Origin: a virus
DNA: 64,000 nt
Virus record (IMG/VR): IMGVR_UViG_3300042549_007727
Direction: 5' to 3' (one strand)
Below, in pieces: positions 1 to 8,879 of the stretch. The translations under genes and the position numbers were made by a program. The notes under the pieces were generated by a model. It worked only from the letters and a program-made list of their open reading frames with translations, searched no databases and was not told where the DNA came from. How positions within the stretch are numbered: the stretch's first letter is position 1; every line of letters begins with the position of its first letter.

Positions 1-399
1 TCACCTAGAAGCCAATGGGACATTACTTTTATTGACAGGTATAGACCAAACATAGGTGCGTTGAGGGTGGACGACAGTTATCACAACTACCCAGAATACG
101 AGCGTCCAGTTTGGGACACACTAACAAATAAAGAGAAGTTTGATTCTCACAAGTTGGCGTTGGATTCAACCTTGAGAAAAATTATTTTGTCAAGTGATTC
201 CGAAATAGATTCAACTGGCAATAGAAAATTGACAGCCCTACAAGCCTTGAGGGTTAGAGATAACAAGCCAATCGCAGTAGAGATTACTGACGAGGACATG
301 GTTGAACTTCACATGAAGTCAAAAACTCCACAGGCAGTAATTCGCAGAATCAACAAGGTTCGTGAATCCATTTCTAGTTTCCCAGCGAAACTCGCATAA
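1..399 (+). CDS. hypothetical protein, 5'-partial (frame open to window start)
   Basis: Frame of ORF 61..399 has no stop back to position 1. Confidence 0.6.
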   Translation, partial: SPRSQWDITFIDRYRPNIGALRVDDSYHNYPEYERPVWDTLTNKEKFDSHKLALDSTLRKIILSSDSEIDSTGNRKLTALQALRVRDNKPIAVEITDEDMVELHMKSKTPQAVIRRINKVRESISSFPAKLA

Positions 400-441
400 C
401 CTAAAAATAGATACAGACACAACAAAGAAAGGGCGGAAGCC

Positions 442-1503
442 ATGTATCAACAAAAAGTAATAGCAGAACACACAGCACCAGACCTAGCAGGAATCAACTA
501 TGACCAACTGTTAGAACAACTTGTCGGGGCAGTAAGGGGTTCAAGTTTCGGAGTGACAACTTCAATTCTTGACGAACACCTAACACCAGCAGGTAGAGCA
601 ACACTACGCACTAAAGGTAAAGCAGGTTCAACACTTTCAACTCCAGCTAAACTAGATGAAGCAGAGCCAGCGAAGCTAGAGGAAGTTATGGAATCAGTTG
701 CGAACTTAGAGGGAGAGGAATCTTACTCACGACCTAATGGCGACCTTTACTATGGTCGCAAGTGGGGCGACAATGTAGATGTTGAAGTTCTACGCAAAGC
801 CAGAGAAGCAGGACAGTATGTAATGCTCTATGGAGTTCCTGGAACTGGAAAGACAGCGTGCGTTGAAGCTGCTTTTCCAGATGAACTTTACACAGTTCTT
901 GGTTCTGGCGACACCGAAGTTTCTGACTTGGTAGGTGGCTATGTCCAAACTCCAAGTGGCGGTTTTGAGTGGGTGGACGGAAGTTTAGTAAAAGCAGCTT
1001 CCGAGGGTAAAGTTCTACTGATTGACGAAATTGGTTTGATTGACCCGAAAGTTCTTTCGGTTGTCTATGGACTAATGGACGGCAGAAAAGAAATTACAAT
1101 CACACAGAATCCAGAGCGAGGCACAGTAAAAGCTAAGGAAGGATTTTTTGTAGTTTCGGCAACTAACCCTAATGTCGCAGGAGTTCGTTTGTCAGAGGCA
1201 CTTCTATCTCGTTTCGCTATTCAGGTTGAAATGACTACTGATTGGAACTTGGCTAGGAAACTTGGAGTTCCGCAGAGTGCGGTTGTTGCTTCACAGAATC
1301 TAGCAAAGAAACTAGAAAATGGTGAAACTTCTTGGTCGCCACAAATGCGAGAGTTGCTTGCGTTCCGTGACTTGTCCAAAATGTTTGGAACAAAGTGGGC
1401 AGTCCAAAACTTGCTTGCTTCCGCACCAGAGATTGACAGACCAATCGCTAGTGATGTATTCACCAGAGTATTCGGAGAGGCAATCCTGCCAGCAAAGATT
1501 TAG
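442..1503 (+). CDS. MoxR/CbbQ/NorQ-type AAA+ ATPase
   Basis: Walker A GVPGTGKT, Walker B LLIDE, ATNP sensor, LSEALLSRF Arg finger; followed by vWA gene. Confidence 0.9.
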   Translation: MYQQKVIAEHTAPDLAGINYDQLLEQLVGAVRGSSFGVTTSILDEHLTPAGRATLRTKGKAGSTLSTPAKLDEAEPAKLEEVMESVANLEGEESYSRPNGDLYYGRKWGDNVDVEVLRKAREAGQYVMLYGVPGTGKTACVEAAFPDELYTVLGSGDTEVSDLVGGYVQTPSGGFEWVDGSLVKAASEGKVLLIDEIGLIDPKVLSVVYGLMDGRKEITITQNPERGTVKAKEGFFVVSATNPNVAGVRLSEALLSRFAIQVEMTTDWNLARKLGVPQSAVVASQNLAKKLENGETSWSPQMRELLAFRDLSKMFGTKWAVQNLLASAPEIDRPIASDVFTRVFGEAILPAKI

Positions 1504-1561
1504 TGAGTGGGTTGTGTCCTCACTAAAGGGTGGGGAAACGCAAGGTTTTTTCTTGTTTGAT

Positions 1562-1590
1562 TTGACTTGCGTTTCTCCCCCAACTACTAT
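1562..1590 (+). promoter_or_regulatory. sigma70/SigA-type promoter for vWA gene
   Basis: TTGACT-N17-TACTAT, overlapping the 3' arm of an inverted repeat (GGGGAAACGCAAG / CTTGCGTTTCTCCCC). Confidence 0.6.
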
Positions 1591-1634
1591 ACAATTTAGA
1601 CATAACAAAAAAACGCCAAATGAAAGGGAAGCAA

Positions 1635-3488
1635 ATGGCACACTACAAAGTAAAAGGTAAGTCAAGACTTACAACACGAACAACTACAACCAACCCAGAG
1701 TGGCTAAGAGTTTGTTCACAGATTGGTCGCTTGGTCAATGATTGGTCATGGCGTTCAGATTTAGTTGTCTATGGTGGAGAGGATTCTGCCGAGGGCAAAG
1801 CTATCGCTGCTTTTTATTCAGACATAGCAGAGATTGAAGTGAACTTGCCGAAAGCGTTTGGAGAACTTACGCCAGCAGATTTTGTCGGCGACTTGACTAA
1901 AAAAGAAACGCAGTATGAGTATCCAATGGTGACAGGCGTTCTGTATCACGAAGCACTACACGCACGCCACACGAATTGGGACACTTCAATTTTGTCAGAG
2001 GCACTAGACCCTAATGAGCAAAGAGCTTTTATGTTGCTAGAGGAATCACGAATTGAAGCAAAGGGAATCAAAGAGCGACCAGAGCTTAGAAACTTCTTGC
2101 GTGCTTCTGCTTTAGACATGGCACTAGACGAAGTGACTACAGACACACTCGCAGGTTTGGCTAGTGATGTTTGGAATACAGCACGCCTAGCAGGACTTTC
2201 AGTTTCAAGAGTGGATTCAGGAGTTCTTGAAGTTTCTGACATTACTGACATTTACAGAGAAGTAGTTTCAGTTCTTGGTCAGGACTTGTTTGACGAACTA
2301 AGAAAAGTTTGGATTGAGTTTCAGGCACTAGGCGTTCCACAGATTGAGCGAGCTATTGAACTTGCTAAGAAGTGGGTTGAACTATTGCGTGAATCAGACC
2401 CAGAGGGCGAGCCAGATTCAGGTTCGGCAGGTGACATTTTCGGCGAGCCAGATGAATCAGAGGGCGACAGCGAGGGTGGAAGCGGAAGTGAACTGTCTGA
2501 CACCATGAAAGACATGATTGAAAAACTTTCCGAATCTGCTAGTCACTCGGAGATAGAAGCGAGAGAGGCACTTGCCCAACAAGAGCAACAAGACAAGTGG
2601 GGCGAGGAATCAAAAGCAAGGCAAGAGCAAGCAAAGAATAACAACCAACGCAAAAACATAGCCAAGCAAATCTTTCACAAGCCACACTCCCAAGAGGGTT
2701 CGGGTTCTAACTCGTCTGTATCCTCTCGCAGACAGCCGACAGGGACAGAGCGAGCAAGTGCGGTAGAGATTGCTAAGTCATTAGACAAGGCAAAGTATCG
2801 TGAGCGTTCGGTTCATGTTCGCAAAAGTCAGACACCACAGGGCAAGCTGATTATGAGAAACGCCGTCCAGAATAGGGCAGTTGAATCTATTGGCAAGCGT
2901 GGAGAGTTGCCAGCGTGGAAGTCAAAGACACGCAAGCACACAGACGACCCAACGCTAAGGCTTGGAATCATGGTGGACATTTCAGGTTCTATGGGTTCTG
3001 CTATGGAAGCTATGGGACAGACAGCGTGGATTATGTCCGAGGCAGGTCGCAGGATTCAAGCTGAAACGGCTATGGTGTATTACGGCTCTGGCGTGTTCCC
3101 AACTCTAAAGCGTGGACAGCGTTTGAGCGAGGTGACGATTTACACAGCACCAGACGGAACTGAAAAGTTTACCGAAGCGTTTGAAGCGATTGACGGCGAG
3201 CTTGGACTAACTTTTGGGGACGGCGTGCGTATGTTAGTTGTTGTGTCGGACGGAAACTACACAGGCACAGAACTACAGAGAGCAACCGAACTACTAAGAG
3301 AGTGTAAACAAAACGGCGTGGCGGTTCTTTGGATTACACCGAGAGGTTGTAATGGCATGGGGGCGAGGTCAATAATTTCTGGTTCGGCGTGGGGAGTTCA
3401 CTTGGACGACCTAGACACAACGGAGATTGCGAGGCAAGTCGGCAAGTCGGCAAGCGAAGCATTGGGTCGGGTGGGTTCACTCACCTAG
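1635..3488 (+). CDS. vWA-domain protein with N-terminal HExxH metallopeptidase-like motif (CobT-like partner of the AAA ATPase)
   Basis: HEALH motif, acidic linker, MIDAS DISGS, VVVSDG; RBS AAAGGGAAG before ATG 1635. Confidence 0.85.
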   Translation: MAHYKVKGKSRLTTRTTTTNPEWLRVCSQIGRLVNDWSWRSDLVVYGGEDSAEGKAIAAFYSDIAEIEVNLPKAFGELTPADFVGDLTKKETQYEYPMVTGVLYHEALHARHTNWDTSILSEALDPNEQRAFMLLEESRIEAKGIKERPELRNFLRASALDMALDEVTTDTLAGLASDVWNTARLAGLSVSRVDSGVLEVSDITDIYREVVSVLGQDLFDELRKVWIEFQALGVPQIERAIELAKKWVELLRESDPEGEPDSGSAGDIFGEPDESEGDSEGGSGSELSDTMKDMIEKLSESASHSEIEAREALAQQEQQDKWGEESKARQEQAKNNNQRKNIAKQIFHKPHSQEGSGSNSSVSSRRQPTGTERASAVEIAKSLDKAKYRERSVHVRKSQTPQGKLIMRNAVQNRAVESIGKRGELPAWKSKTRKHTDDPTLRLGIMVDISGSMGSAMEAMGQTAWIMSEAGRRIQAETAMVYYGSGVFPTLKRGQRLSEVTIYTAPDGTEKFTEAFEAIDGELGLTFGDGVRMLVVVSDGNYTGTELQRATELLRECKQNGVAVLWITPRGCNGMGARSIISGSAWGVHLDDLDTTEIARQVGKSASEALGRVGSLT

Positions 3489-3519
3489 ACCTAAACGGAG
3501 TGCTTGCCCAGCGGTTGAG

Positions 3520-3700
3520 CGAAAGTCAGGACTTCCCCCCTTTGACCTGATAATAGTTCCCAACGGACAAGACACTAGAAACCCCTATCAAGTGCTTCCC
3601 CCAAGTCTTGGTAGGGGTTTCGCCTTTCTCGGTTTGACGGACGAGATTGGGTGGAATCTGAATCCCTGGCACAGACTTTTTACGAAAGATGAAAAGTCAC
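3520..3700 (+). ncRNA. candidate structured 3'UTR/small RNA with C-rich loops
   Basis: Hairpins 3525-3550 (loop ACTTCCCCCC), 3578-3621 (15-bp stem, loop with CTTCCCCC), 3674-3698. Confidence 0.35.
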
Positions 3701-3723
3701 CAGCAGAAAAAGCTGACGAAGGC

Positions 3724-3794
3724 GTATCCACTTTTTATCTGGCTAAAAACTTTTTTGACAAAACACTTGCTTTTTCTGTAAACCCTGTTAGGAT
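3724..3794 (+). promoter_or_regulatory. 13-mer motif + promoter, unit 1
   Basis: GTATCCACTTTTT 3724; TGnTAGGAT -10 at 3789. Confidence 0.7.
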
Positions 3795-3844
3795 TGGAAC
3801 TATCCAATCGGAACGAAACAGAAGTAGTTCCAGAGGGGGGATTT

Positions 3845-4195
3845 ATGGCTAAGGTCATTTCCCGAACAGCCCCAGAGGTTGCGAAAGCAACTCCAAAGGT
3901 TGTCAAAGTTTCACGAAAAGTCGTGGAACTAATCAGCGAACTTTCCGAAGTTCGTGCTACATACAACTCGGCGAAAGCCAGAGTTGAGGAACTTCGTGAC
4001 GAAGTTCTTTCCCAAGTTGGGCGTTCCAATTTGACCCTTGTCCACAACAGCATTGAGGTCGCTCGTATCGTTGAGAGTTCTCCTGTGCGTGTAGATGAGG
4101 AGTTCTTGAAAGAGAACTATCCAGAGGCTTACCAAGCTTCTCTAAGGGCAAAGCCCCAACACACGATTCGCTCTGTCACACGCAAAGCGAACTAA
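3845..4195 (+). CDS. small coiled-coil phage protein, paralog of 11591..11932
   Basis: G-rich RBS; shares LxHNxIExARI and D..L....PEA[YF] with 11591 ORF. Confidence 0.8.
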   Translation: MAKVISRTAPEVAKATPKVVKVSRKVVELISELSEVRATYNSAKARVEELRDEVLSQVGRSNLTLVHNSIEVARIVESSPVRVDEEFLKENYPEAYQASLRAKPQHTIRSVTRKAN

Positions 4196-4205
4196 AGAAC
4201 TGGGC

Positions 4206-4242
4206 GGGCAGGGCGAAAGCCCTGTCCCCCATTTCATTTTTT
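4206..4242 (+). terminator. intrinsic terminator
   Basis: GGGCAGGGC-GAAA-GCCCTGTCC + T-rich tail. Confidence 0.75.
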
Positions 4243-4257
4243 ATTTGACCTGACAAT

Positions 4258-4328
4258 GTATCCACTTTTTACCAAAGGAAATGGACACGGAAAAAAGATA
4301 CCGAAAATGTCAGGGACTATGCTAAGAT
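4258..4328 (+). promoter_or_regulatory. 13-mer motif + promoter, unit 2
   Basis: Motif 4258; TGCTAAGAT extended -10 (hexamer at 4323). Confidence 0.7.
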
Positions 4329-4357
4329 TGGAACTACCACAAAGAAAGGGGAACACC

Positions 4358-4708
4358 ATGAGAGGCGAGCCATTAGAGCTTGACGAAGTTGCTGGATTAT
4401 CTCTAACAGTATTGGGCGTGCTTGTTGAGGCATACATCAAAGAGGGATACAGCGACCCGACAATGTATAGAGCAATACGGGCTTCAACCGAACTGGCTAA
4501 AAACTTCAAGGCACGGCTAGAACTAGACGGACGGGACACGGACGGCGTGGACGACTTGATTACTAACCTAGAGCTAACGGCTATGGAATCTGGCGAGGTA
4601 GTAAACCGAATCATAGAGCAGAACGGCTGGCAAGAAACGGCTGGCGAGTGGAGTAGCCCTGCTAGTATGACTTGTGATAACGACTGCGAACATGACGGCA
4701 AGGAGTAG
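4358..4708 (+). CDS. hypothetical protein
   Basis: RBS AAAGGGGAA before ATG 4358. Confidence 0.7.
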   Translation: MRGEPLELDEVAGLSLTVLGVLVEAYIKEGYSDPTMYRAIRASTELAKNFKARLELDGRDTDGVDDLITNLELTAMESGEVVNRIIEQNGWQETAGEWSSPASMTCDNDCEHDGKE

Positions 4709-4715
4709 GGACGGC

Positions 4716-5015
4716 ATGGACTTTCAGACTGCGTTCGGCGAGGTTGTGCGTGAGCAACGGCGTGCTAATGAGATTACAATGCGAAGCGTGACGGATAGGG
4801 GACACCTAGCGTTGGGATACCTGTCCGAAGTGGAACGGGGACACAAAATGCCCTCTAGCCTAATAATTGCGTCCATAGCAGACGGACTGGGTATAGACGC
4901 AAGCGAGCTGATTATTCAGACGGGTATGCGTATGTCCAATGTTCCTGAAAGCCCTGAAAGCCTGTTCAAGCTAAGGGACAGAGATTGGGCTAATCAGTAT
5001 TCAGATTTGAGATAG
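4716..5015 (+). CDS. XRE-family HTH regulator, ClgR-like
   Basis: GEVVREQR...LALGYLSEVERGHKMPSS resembles the actinobacterial ClgR signature SLGYLSEVERGxKExSS. Confidence 0.8.
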   Translation: MDFQTAFGEVVREQRRANEITMRSVTDRGHLALGYLSEVERGHKMPSSLIIASIADGLGIDASELIIQTGMRMSNVPESPESLFKLRDRDWANQYSDLR

Positions 5016-5020
5016 AGAAA

Positions 5021-5052
5021 GCCCCCCTGACAAAAGTTAGGGGGATTTTTTC
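5021..5052 (+). terminator. intrinsic terminator
   Basis: CCCCCCTGAC-AAAA-GTTAGGGGGA + T tract. Confidence 0.75.
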
Positions 5053-5064
5053 TTGGCTGGTAGT

Positions 5065-5123
5065 GTATCCACTTTTTGCTGAACATTTTTTGTTTGGTTT
5101 TTGTCGGGGGTAGGGTATAGGAT
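5065..5123 (+). promoter_or_regulatory. 13-mer motif + promoter, unit 3
   Basis: Motif 5065; TTGTCGG element; TAGGAT at 5118. Confidence 0.65.
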
Positions 5124-5162
5124 TTGATTGTTATAAAAACTCCAACAGGAAAGTAGGGGAAA

Positions 5163-5399
5163 TTGAGTTATTATCCAGAGGGTTCTATGGCTGGTTCTGG
5201 CATAGATTCCGTAGAAGTTCCGTATGACGAGTTTGTCTGCGAAGCTGACGATTGTGGCAAGGTGAACGAAGCTAGTGAAGCTATGACAGACGACTATGGC
5301 AATTACGAAGTTGAGTGCCAGTTCTGCGGTAGCTTTTACTTTAGAAGTTCTATTGCCGAGGACAAGGCAGATTGGGCAGCGAATAATTATGATTACTAA
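5163..5399 (+). CDS. small acidic Zn-ribbon protein
   Basis: TTG start after AGGGGA; CEADDC and CQFC. Confidence 0.7.
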   Translation: MSYYPEGSMAGSGIDSVEVPYDEFVCEADDCGKVNEASEAMTDDYGNYEVECQFCGSFYFRSSIAEDKADWAANNYDY

Positions 5400-5556
5400 T
5401 CCAAAACAGGGGACACCAATAAAAAACAGCAAGGGCGAATTACGATACGAATACACTTGCCCGAAGTGTTTTGACGAATACAGGGTGGACGAAAAGACAC
5501 ACGCTTGGATTCAGACCTTAGACAGACTGCCTAAGTGTTCGCCTTGCTACTTGTAG
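5389..5556 (+). CDS. small Zn-finger protein
   Basis: CPKC...CSPC; ATG overlaps end of upstream gene. Confidence 0.6.
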   Translation: MITNPKQGTPIKNSKGELRYEYTCPKCFDEYRVDEKTHAWIQTLDRLPKCSPCYL

Positions 5557-5627
5557 CCTAAAAAGTTTCCCCCGAATAATCAGGAACAGCGATTCCGATT
5601 CGGGGGATTTTTTTATGCCGTCAATGT

Positions 5628-5697
5628 GTATCCACTTTTGCTGCGGCAGGGTAAAACTTTTTATGTGCGGTGAAAAGTCGTAGGTAGGTGATAGTAT
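5628..5697 (+). promoter_or_regulatory. motif variant + promoter, unit 4
   Basis: GTATCCACTTTTG 5628, after hairpin 5568-5613; TGATAGTAT -10 at 5692. Confidence 0.65.
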
Positions 5698-5739
5698 TCA
5701 AGTATCAAGCAACACTAACCACGAACAAAGGGGAACAAG

Positions 5740-6051
5740 TTGAAAAGATTGCCTAACTACAAGATTGGCGCGGAGATTAGTGCGCTAAACACTTTCACGA
5801 ACTACAATGGCACAATTAGCGCCGTTCGGGACGAGAATAATTACAGGATTACACACTGGAACACTGTAATTCTTGATTACAACACTGACACCAACGAGAT
5901 TATTTCGCTACAAGATAGCTACATTAGCCAGACAACCAGCGCGCTAGTTGGGCGAATCTTGAGGGCGTTGCCATACGCTTCGGTTGAAAGATACTTGGGC
6001 TACATGACGCCGTCAAAAGATAAGCGCCGTTTGGTCGGTATGCTTCGATAA
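5740..6051 (+). CDS. hypothetical protein
   Basis: TTG start after AAAGGGGAA; followed by terminator CCCCGC-TTCG-GCGGGG. Confidence 0.75.
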   Translation: MKRLPNYKIGAEISALNTFTNYNGTISAVRDENNYRITHWNTVILDYNTDTNEIISLQDSYISQTTSALVGRILRALPYASVERYLGYMTPSKDKRRLVGMLR

Positions 6052-6121
6052 AAAGCCAAAAAGTTAGCCCCGCTTCGGCGGGGTTTTCTTTTTCCGTGAA
6101 AAGTTGCGCCGGTCGCGGCGT

Positions 6122-6170
6122 GTATCCACTTTTTGATGAAAGCTTTTTGCGGATCCTTGATCTGTATAAT
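6122..6170 (+). promoter_or_regulatory. 13-mer motif + promoter, unit 5
   Basis: Motif 6122; TATAAT at 6165. Confidence 0.7.
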
Positions 6171-6192
6171 TGTTGATGAAGGGGGAACACCA

Positions 6193-6507
6193 TTGAATAA
6201 TTTCTCAGAGCGAATCATTGCCAATACCGAAGATGGACGCCGTGAAGTGCGCGTCCTGCGTCTTGCGGTAAGTCTTGGCGACGACTTGGCATACATTGAT
6301 TGGGAGCCAAGCGGGGAGCTTTACTTTATCAAAGTCCCCGTCGAGTATCGCCGTCAAGGAATCGCTACAAAGCTATGGCAGGACGCTCAGGAACACGCGA
6401 GAAGCTTGAACTTGCCCGCGCTAACCCATAGCGAATACAGAACTGACGCGGGCGATTCTTGGGCTAAGTCCCTAGGCGAAAAACTTCCACCAAGAATCCG
6501 CGCTTAG
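6193..6507 (+). CDS. GNAT-family acetyltransferase-like protein
   Basis: Acetyl-CoA-binding motif A: VPVEYRRQGIATKL; TTG start after GGGGGAA. Confidence 0.7.
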   Translation: MNNFSERIIANTEDGRREVRVLRLAVSLGDDLAYIDWEPSGELYFIKVPVEYRRQGIATKLWQDAQEHARSLNLPALTHSEYRTDAGDSWAKSLGEKLPPRIRA

Positions 6508-6523
6508 TTTTTTGTAGCCAGGT

Positions 6524-6594
6524 GTATCCACTTTTTGACGAGGCGACACGCTTGCTTGCGGGTTCTTGCTTTTGTCGGTGGGTTGGGGTAAAGT
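6524..6594 (+). promoter_or_regulatory. 13-mer motif + promoter, unit 6
   Basis: Motif 6524; TTTGTCGG; TAAAGT at 6589. Confidence 0.65.
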
Positions 6595-6626
6595 CAAACT
6601 AACCAAGCAAGAGGGAAGGAAACAAA

Positions 6627-6842
6627 ATGATTGGTAGAAACAAAGATGCGGAAACAGCTTTTGATATGGCAATGAAGTTGCTGAACAACCCAAGTGAGGA
6701 AGTTCAACAGCAAGTCTGGGACAAGTGCCACGCTGACGAAGTAATCCAAAGGTCGGTAAGGCTTTACCTTTACAGCGAGCCAAGCTACACACCAAAGGCT
6801 CTATACAACCTTCACCAAAAACTCGCCGAGTTGGTGTCCTAA
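6627..6842 (+). CDS. hypothetical protein
   Basis: RBS GAGGGAAGGA, ATG. Confidence 0.7.
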   Translation: MIGRNKDAETAFDMAMKLLNNPSEEVQQQVWDKCHADEVIQRSVRLYLYSEPSYTPKALYNLHQKLAELVS

Positions 6843-6991
6843 TGGTTGTTCGCCCGCTGGAGAATACAGTTTGCTATCAATGCCCTAAGAAGATTATGGC
6901 AATGGTTGGTGCGGTTCACCCGCTATGCGTTGAGTGTCAAGAAAGTTTTGACGATTGGTTTGAACACGAGCTAGGAGTTTTCAATGGCTAA
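6842..6991 (+). CDS. 49-aa Zn-finger protein (below ORF-track cutoff)
   Basis: MVVRPLENTVCYQC...LCVECQ; TAATG coupling with upstream gene. Confidence 0.6.
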   Translation: MVVRPLENTVCYQCPKKIMAMVGAVHPLCVECQESFDDWFEHELGVFNG

Positions 6992-7187
6992 GCAAGTTTA
7001 TTTTGTTGTTGCGGTGGACTTAGATGAGTGCGTGCCGTTTATAGATGATGACACCTTTACAGCAAGGTTCAGTTCGGCAGAGCAAGTTTGGGACACCGAA
7101 CTACAAGAGTGGCAAGAAGACCCTGACCAAGAGTTTTACGATAAAGCGTTGAAGATTTTGAACACCATACCTTTAGCGAAAGACTAG
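6984..7187 (+). CDS. hypothetical acidic protein
   Basis: RBS AGGAG, overlaps upstream gene. Confidence 0.7.
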   Translation: MAKQVYFVVAVDLDECVPFIDDDTFTARFSSAEQVWDTELQEWQEDPDQEFYDKALKILNTIPLAKD

Positions 7188-7190
7188 TCA

Positions 7191-7502
7191 ATGAAACACA
7201 AAAAGAGTAAAGTTCAAGGCAAGTCTAGGCACGCCGAGTATCTTCGCCGAGTAGATAACGCCGATAGAGTTGCGGTAATGCTAAGGGGCATAACTTTATT
7301 TTGCGCTTTTATTTTTGTAATGAGGATAGTCGCTGGCGTTGATTCAGTTTCAGAATACCTAATCCTTTATGCGGTTGTGTTTGTGGGCGGGGTTAGTGCT
7401 TCGCTTGCCGAATACTTTTTGTTTAGGGCTTACCAAAGTCGCTACTCAAAAAGTCGCCGACAAAGTTTTTGGGATTTGTTCAACACCGAACTTTCCAAAT
7501 AA
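7191..7502 (+). CDS. membrane protein (2 TM)
   Basis: Two hydrophobic segments, basic termini. Confidence 0.7.
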   Translation: MKHKKSKVQGKSRHAEYLRRVDNADRVAVMLRGITLFCAFIFVMRIVAGVDSVSEYLILYAVVFVGGVSASLAEYFLFRAYQSRYSKSRRQSFWDLFNTELSK

Positions 7503-7506
7503 AACT

Positions 7507-7544
7507 TCCCGCTAGGACTTCCCCCCTAGCGGGATTTTCTCTTT
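7507..7544 (+). terminator. intrinsic terminator with ACTTCCCC loop
   Basis: TCCCGCTAGG-ACTTCCCC-CCTAGCGGGA + T tract. Confidence 0.8.
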
Positions 7545-7552
7545 CCAGCTGC

Positions 7553-7612
7553 GTATCCACTTTTTGATAGAGATTTTTTTGTGTGCGTTTTGTCGGTGGA
7601 CTATGCTATGGT
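7553..7612 (+). promoter_or_regulatory. 13-mer motif + promoter, unit 7
   Basis: Motif 7553; TTTTGTCGG; TGCTATGGT -10 at 7607. Confidence 0.7.
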
Positions 7613-7640
7613 TGAAGTATCCAAACAAAGGGGAAGTAAA

Positions 7641-7832
7641 TTGAAGACAGATTCAAGAATAGCAATAGTTTCAGAGCTACCAAACTGCGACTTCTGCGGT
7701 GAACACGCTCGCTATGACGGAGCAACCAAACTTGGACCTTGGGCTTTTATGTGCCAGAAGGACTGGGTATCTCACGGAGTAGGGCTTGGGCTTGGCAAAG
7801 GTCAAGTTCTAATGAAGGAAGGAACTAAGTAA
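7641..7832 (+). CDS. small Cys-containing phage protein
   Basis: TTG start after AAAGGGGAAG; CDFC...YDG.T..GPWAFMC...GLGLGKGQ. Confidence 0.7.
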   Translation: MKTDSRIAIVSELPNCDFCGEHARYDGATKLGPWAFMCQKDWVSHGVGLGLGKGQVLMKEGTK

Positions 7833-8033
7833 ATGGCGACAACAGTTGGAGAGCTGATTGAACAGCTAAAGACGCTGGACCCCGACACAACAGTTGTGTT
7901 TCAGTATTTGACACACGAACACACCGACTTTTCAATTGACGATTTTGAGTCAAAAGCCGAGGCACTTGACTACACCAACTTCGCTGATGAAATGTCTATC
8001 ACGATGAACGAGTGGCTCGCCGAAATGGAGTAG
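7833..8033 (+). CDS. hypothetical protein
   Basis: TVGELIEQLKTLDPD N-terminus common in small phage proteins. Confidence 0.7.
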   Translation: MATTVGELIEQLKTLDPDTTVVFQYLTHEHTDFSIDDFESKAEALDYTNFADEMSITMNEWLAEME

Positions 8034-8102
8034 CCACGCGACACCAAAGATTCCCCCGCGACCCCCGCGGGGGTTTTCTTTTTTGCCGGAAGGTAGCCAG
8101 GT

Positions 8103-8176
8103 GTATCCACTTTTTGATTCGGCTGCCGAAAGGGTTTTGTAAAAGTATTTGCTTTTTTCTTTTTGTGTAGTAAGAT
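8103..8176 (+). promoter_or_regulatory. 13-mer motif + promoter, unit 8
   Basis: Hairpin 8053-8073 upstream; motif 8103; TTGCTT 8149 and TAAGAT 8171. Confidence 0.65.
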
Positions 8177-8204
8177 GAAACTCTAACGAAAGGGAGGTTC
8201 CTAA

Positions 8205-8597
8205 ATGGGAGCAAGAACAACTTGGAAAATAAAGACTAATGATTCGGGAGCTATTACTTGGCTTTACAGTCATTGGGGAGGCGACAGTAAGTTTGACACC
8301 ACTAAAGAGGCGTTGGACTTGGCTATGCCTCGCTGGGAGGATAGGACTTATGGAGCTAGGATTTTTATCAGTAGCGTAATTGGTAATTCTTGGAGTTCAC
8401 AGACAGGGTTTGGAATTACTTCAACCCTTGACACAGATTCCAACCCGTTTGAGGAAAGCTACACGCCTTACACAATTGACTTTGTGCGGAAAGTAGTGAT
8501 TCTTGAAGGTGTTCTCGGAGAGGACTGGGAGTTAGGCTTTGACGAGTTCACTAGACTAAACAGCGAAGCCGACTTGCTACTTCAAGGGACAAGGTAA
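8205..8597 (+). CDS. hypothetical protein
   Basis: RBS GGGAGG; LYSHWGG motif. Confidence 0.75.
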   Translation: MGARTTWKIKTNDSGAITWLYSHWGGDSKFDTTKEALDLAMPRWEDRTYGARIFISSVIGNSWSSQTGFGITSTLDTDSNPFEESYTPYTIDFVRKVVILEGVLGEDWELGFDEFTRLNSEADLLLQGTR

Positions 8598-8879
8598 ATG
8601 GGAAACTTACAAGCTCAAGAAATTGCGAGCAACACCGAAATTACACTTGAACAGCAACTAACTTGGCACTTACAAGGTAATCACTATCCACCGATTCCAG
8701 TTAGTATGGTTCAGCCTTGTGTTGAAGCAATTCAGGCTTATTGGGAAGATGAGCTAGACACGGAGATTCAGTTGCCCGAAGGTGTTTTGTATCGGGGGAA
8801 GGAAACAGCCCCCGCTAGAGAAATAATCATCAATCATCACTTAGACGCTTGGTGTCAAGATGACGAAGATGAGTTTTAG
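8598..8879 (+). CDS. hypothetical protein
   Basis: Abuts upstream gene; WHLQGNHYPP...HHLDAW. Confidence 0.75.
   Translation: MGNLQAQEIASNTEITLEQQLTWHLQGNHYPPIPVSMVQPCVEAIQAYWEDELDTEIQLPEGVLYRGKETAPAREIIINHHLDAWCQDDEDEF

Noticed and set aside
3489-3720. tRNA gene
   Set aside because: No cloverleaf or T-loop GTTCRA; no tRNA recognised anywhere in the window
3427-3852. ORF 3427..3852 and other ORFs spanning terminator-motif-promoter spacers (e.g. 8904..9086, 5' extensions of 4256, 6133, 7581, 10387)
   Set aside because: They run through hairpins and promoters and lack RBSs; downstream starts with clear RBSs were used instead
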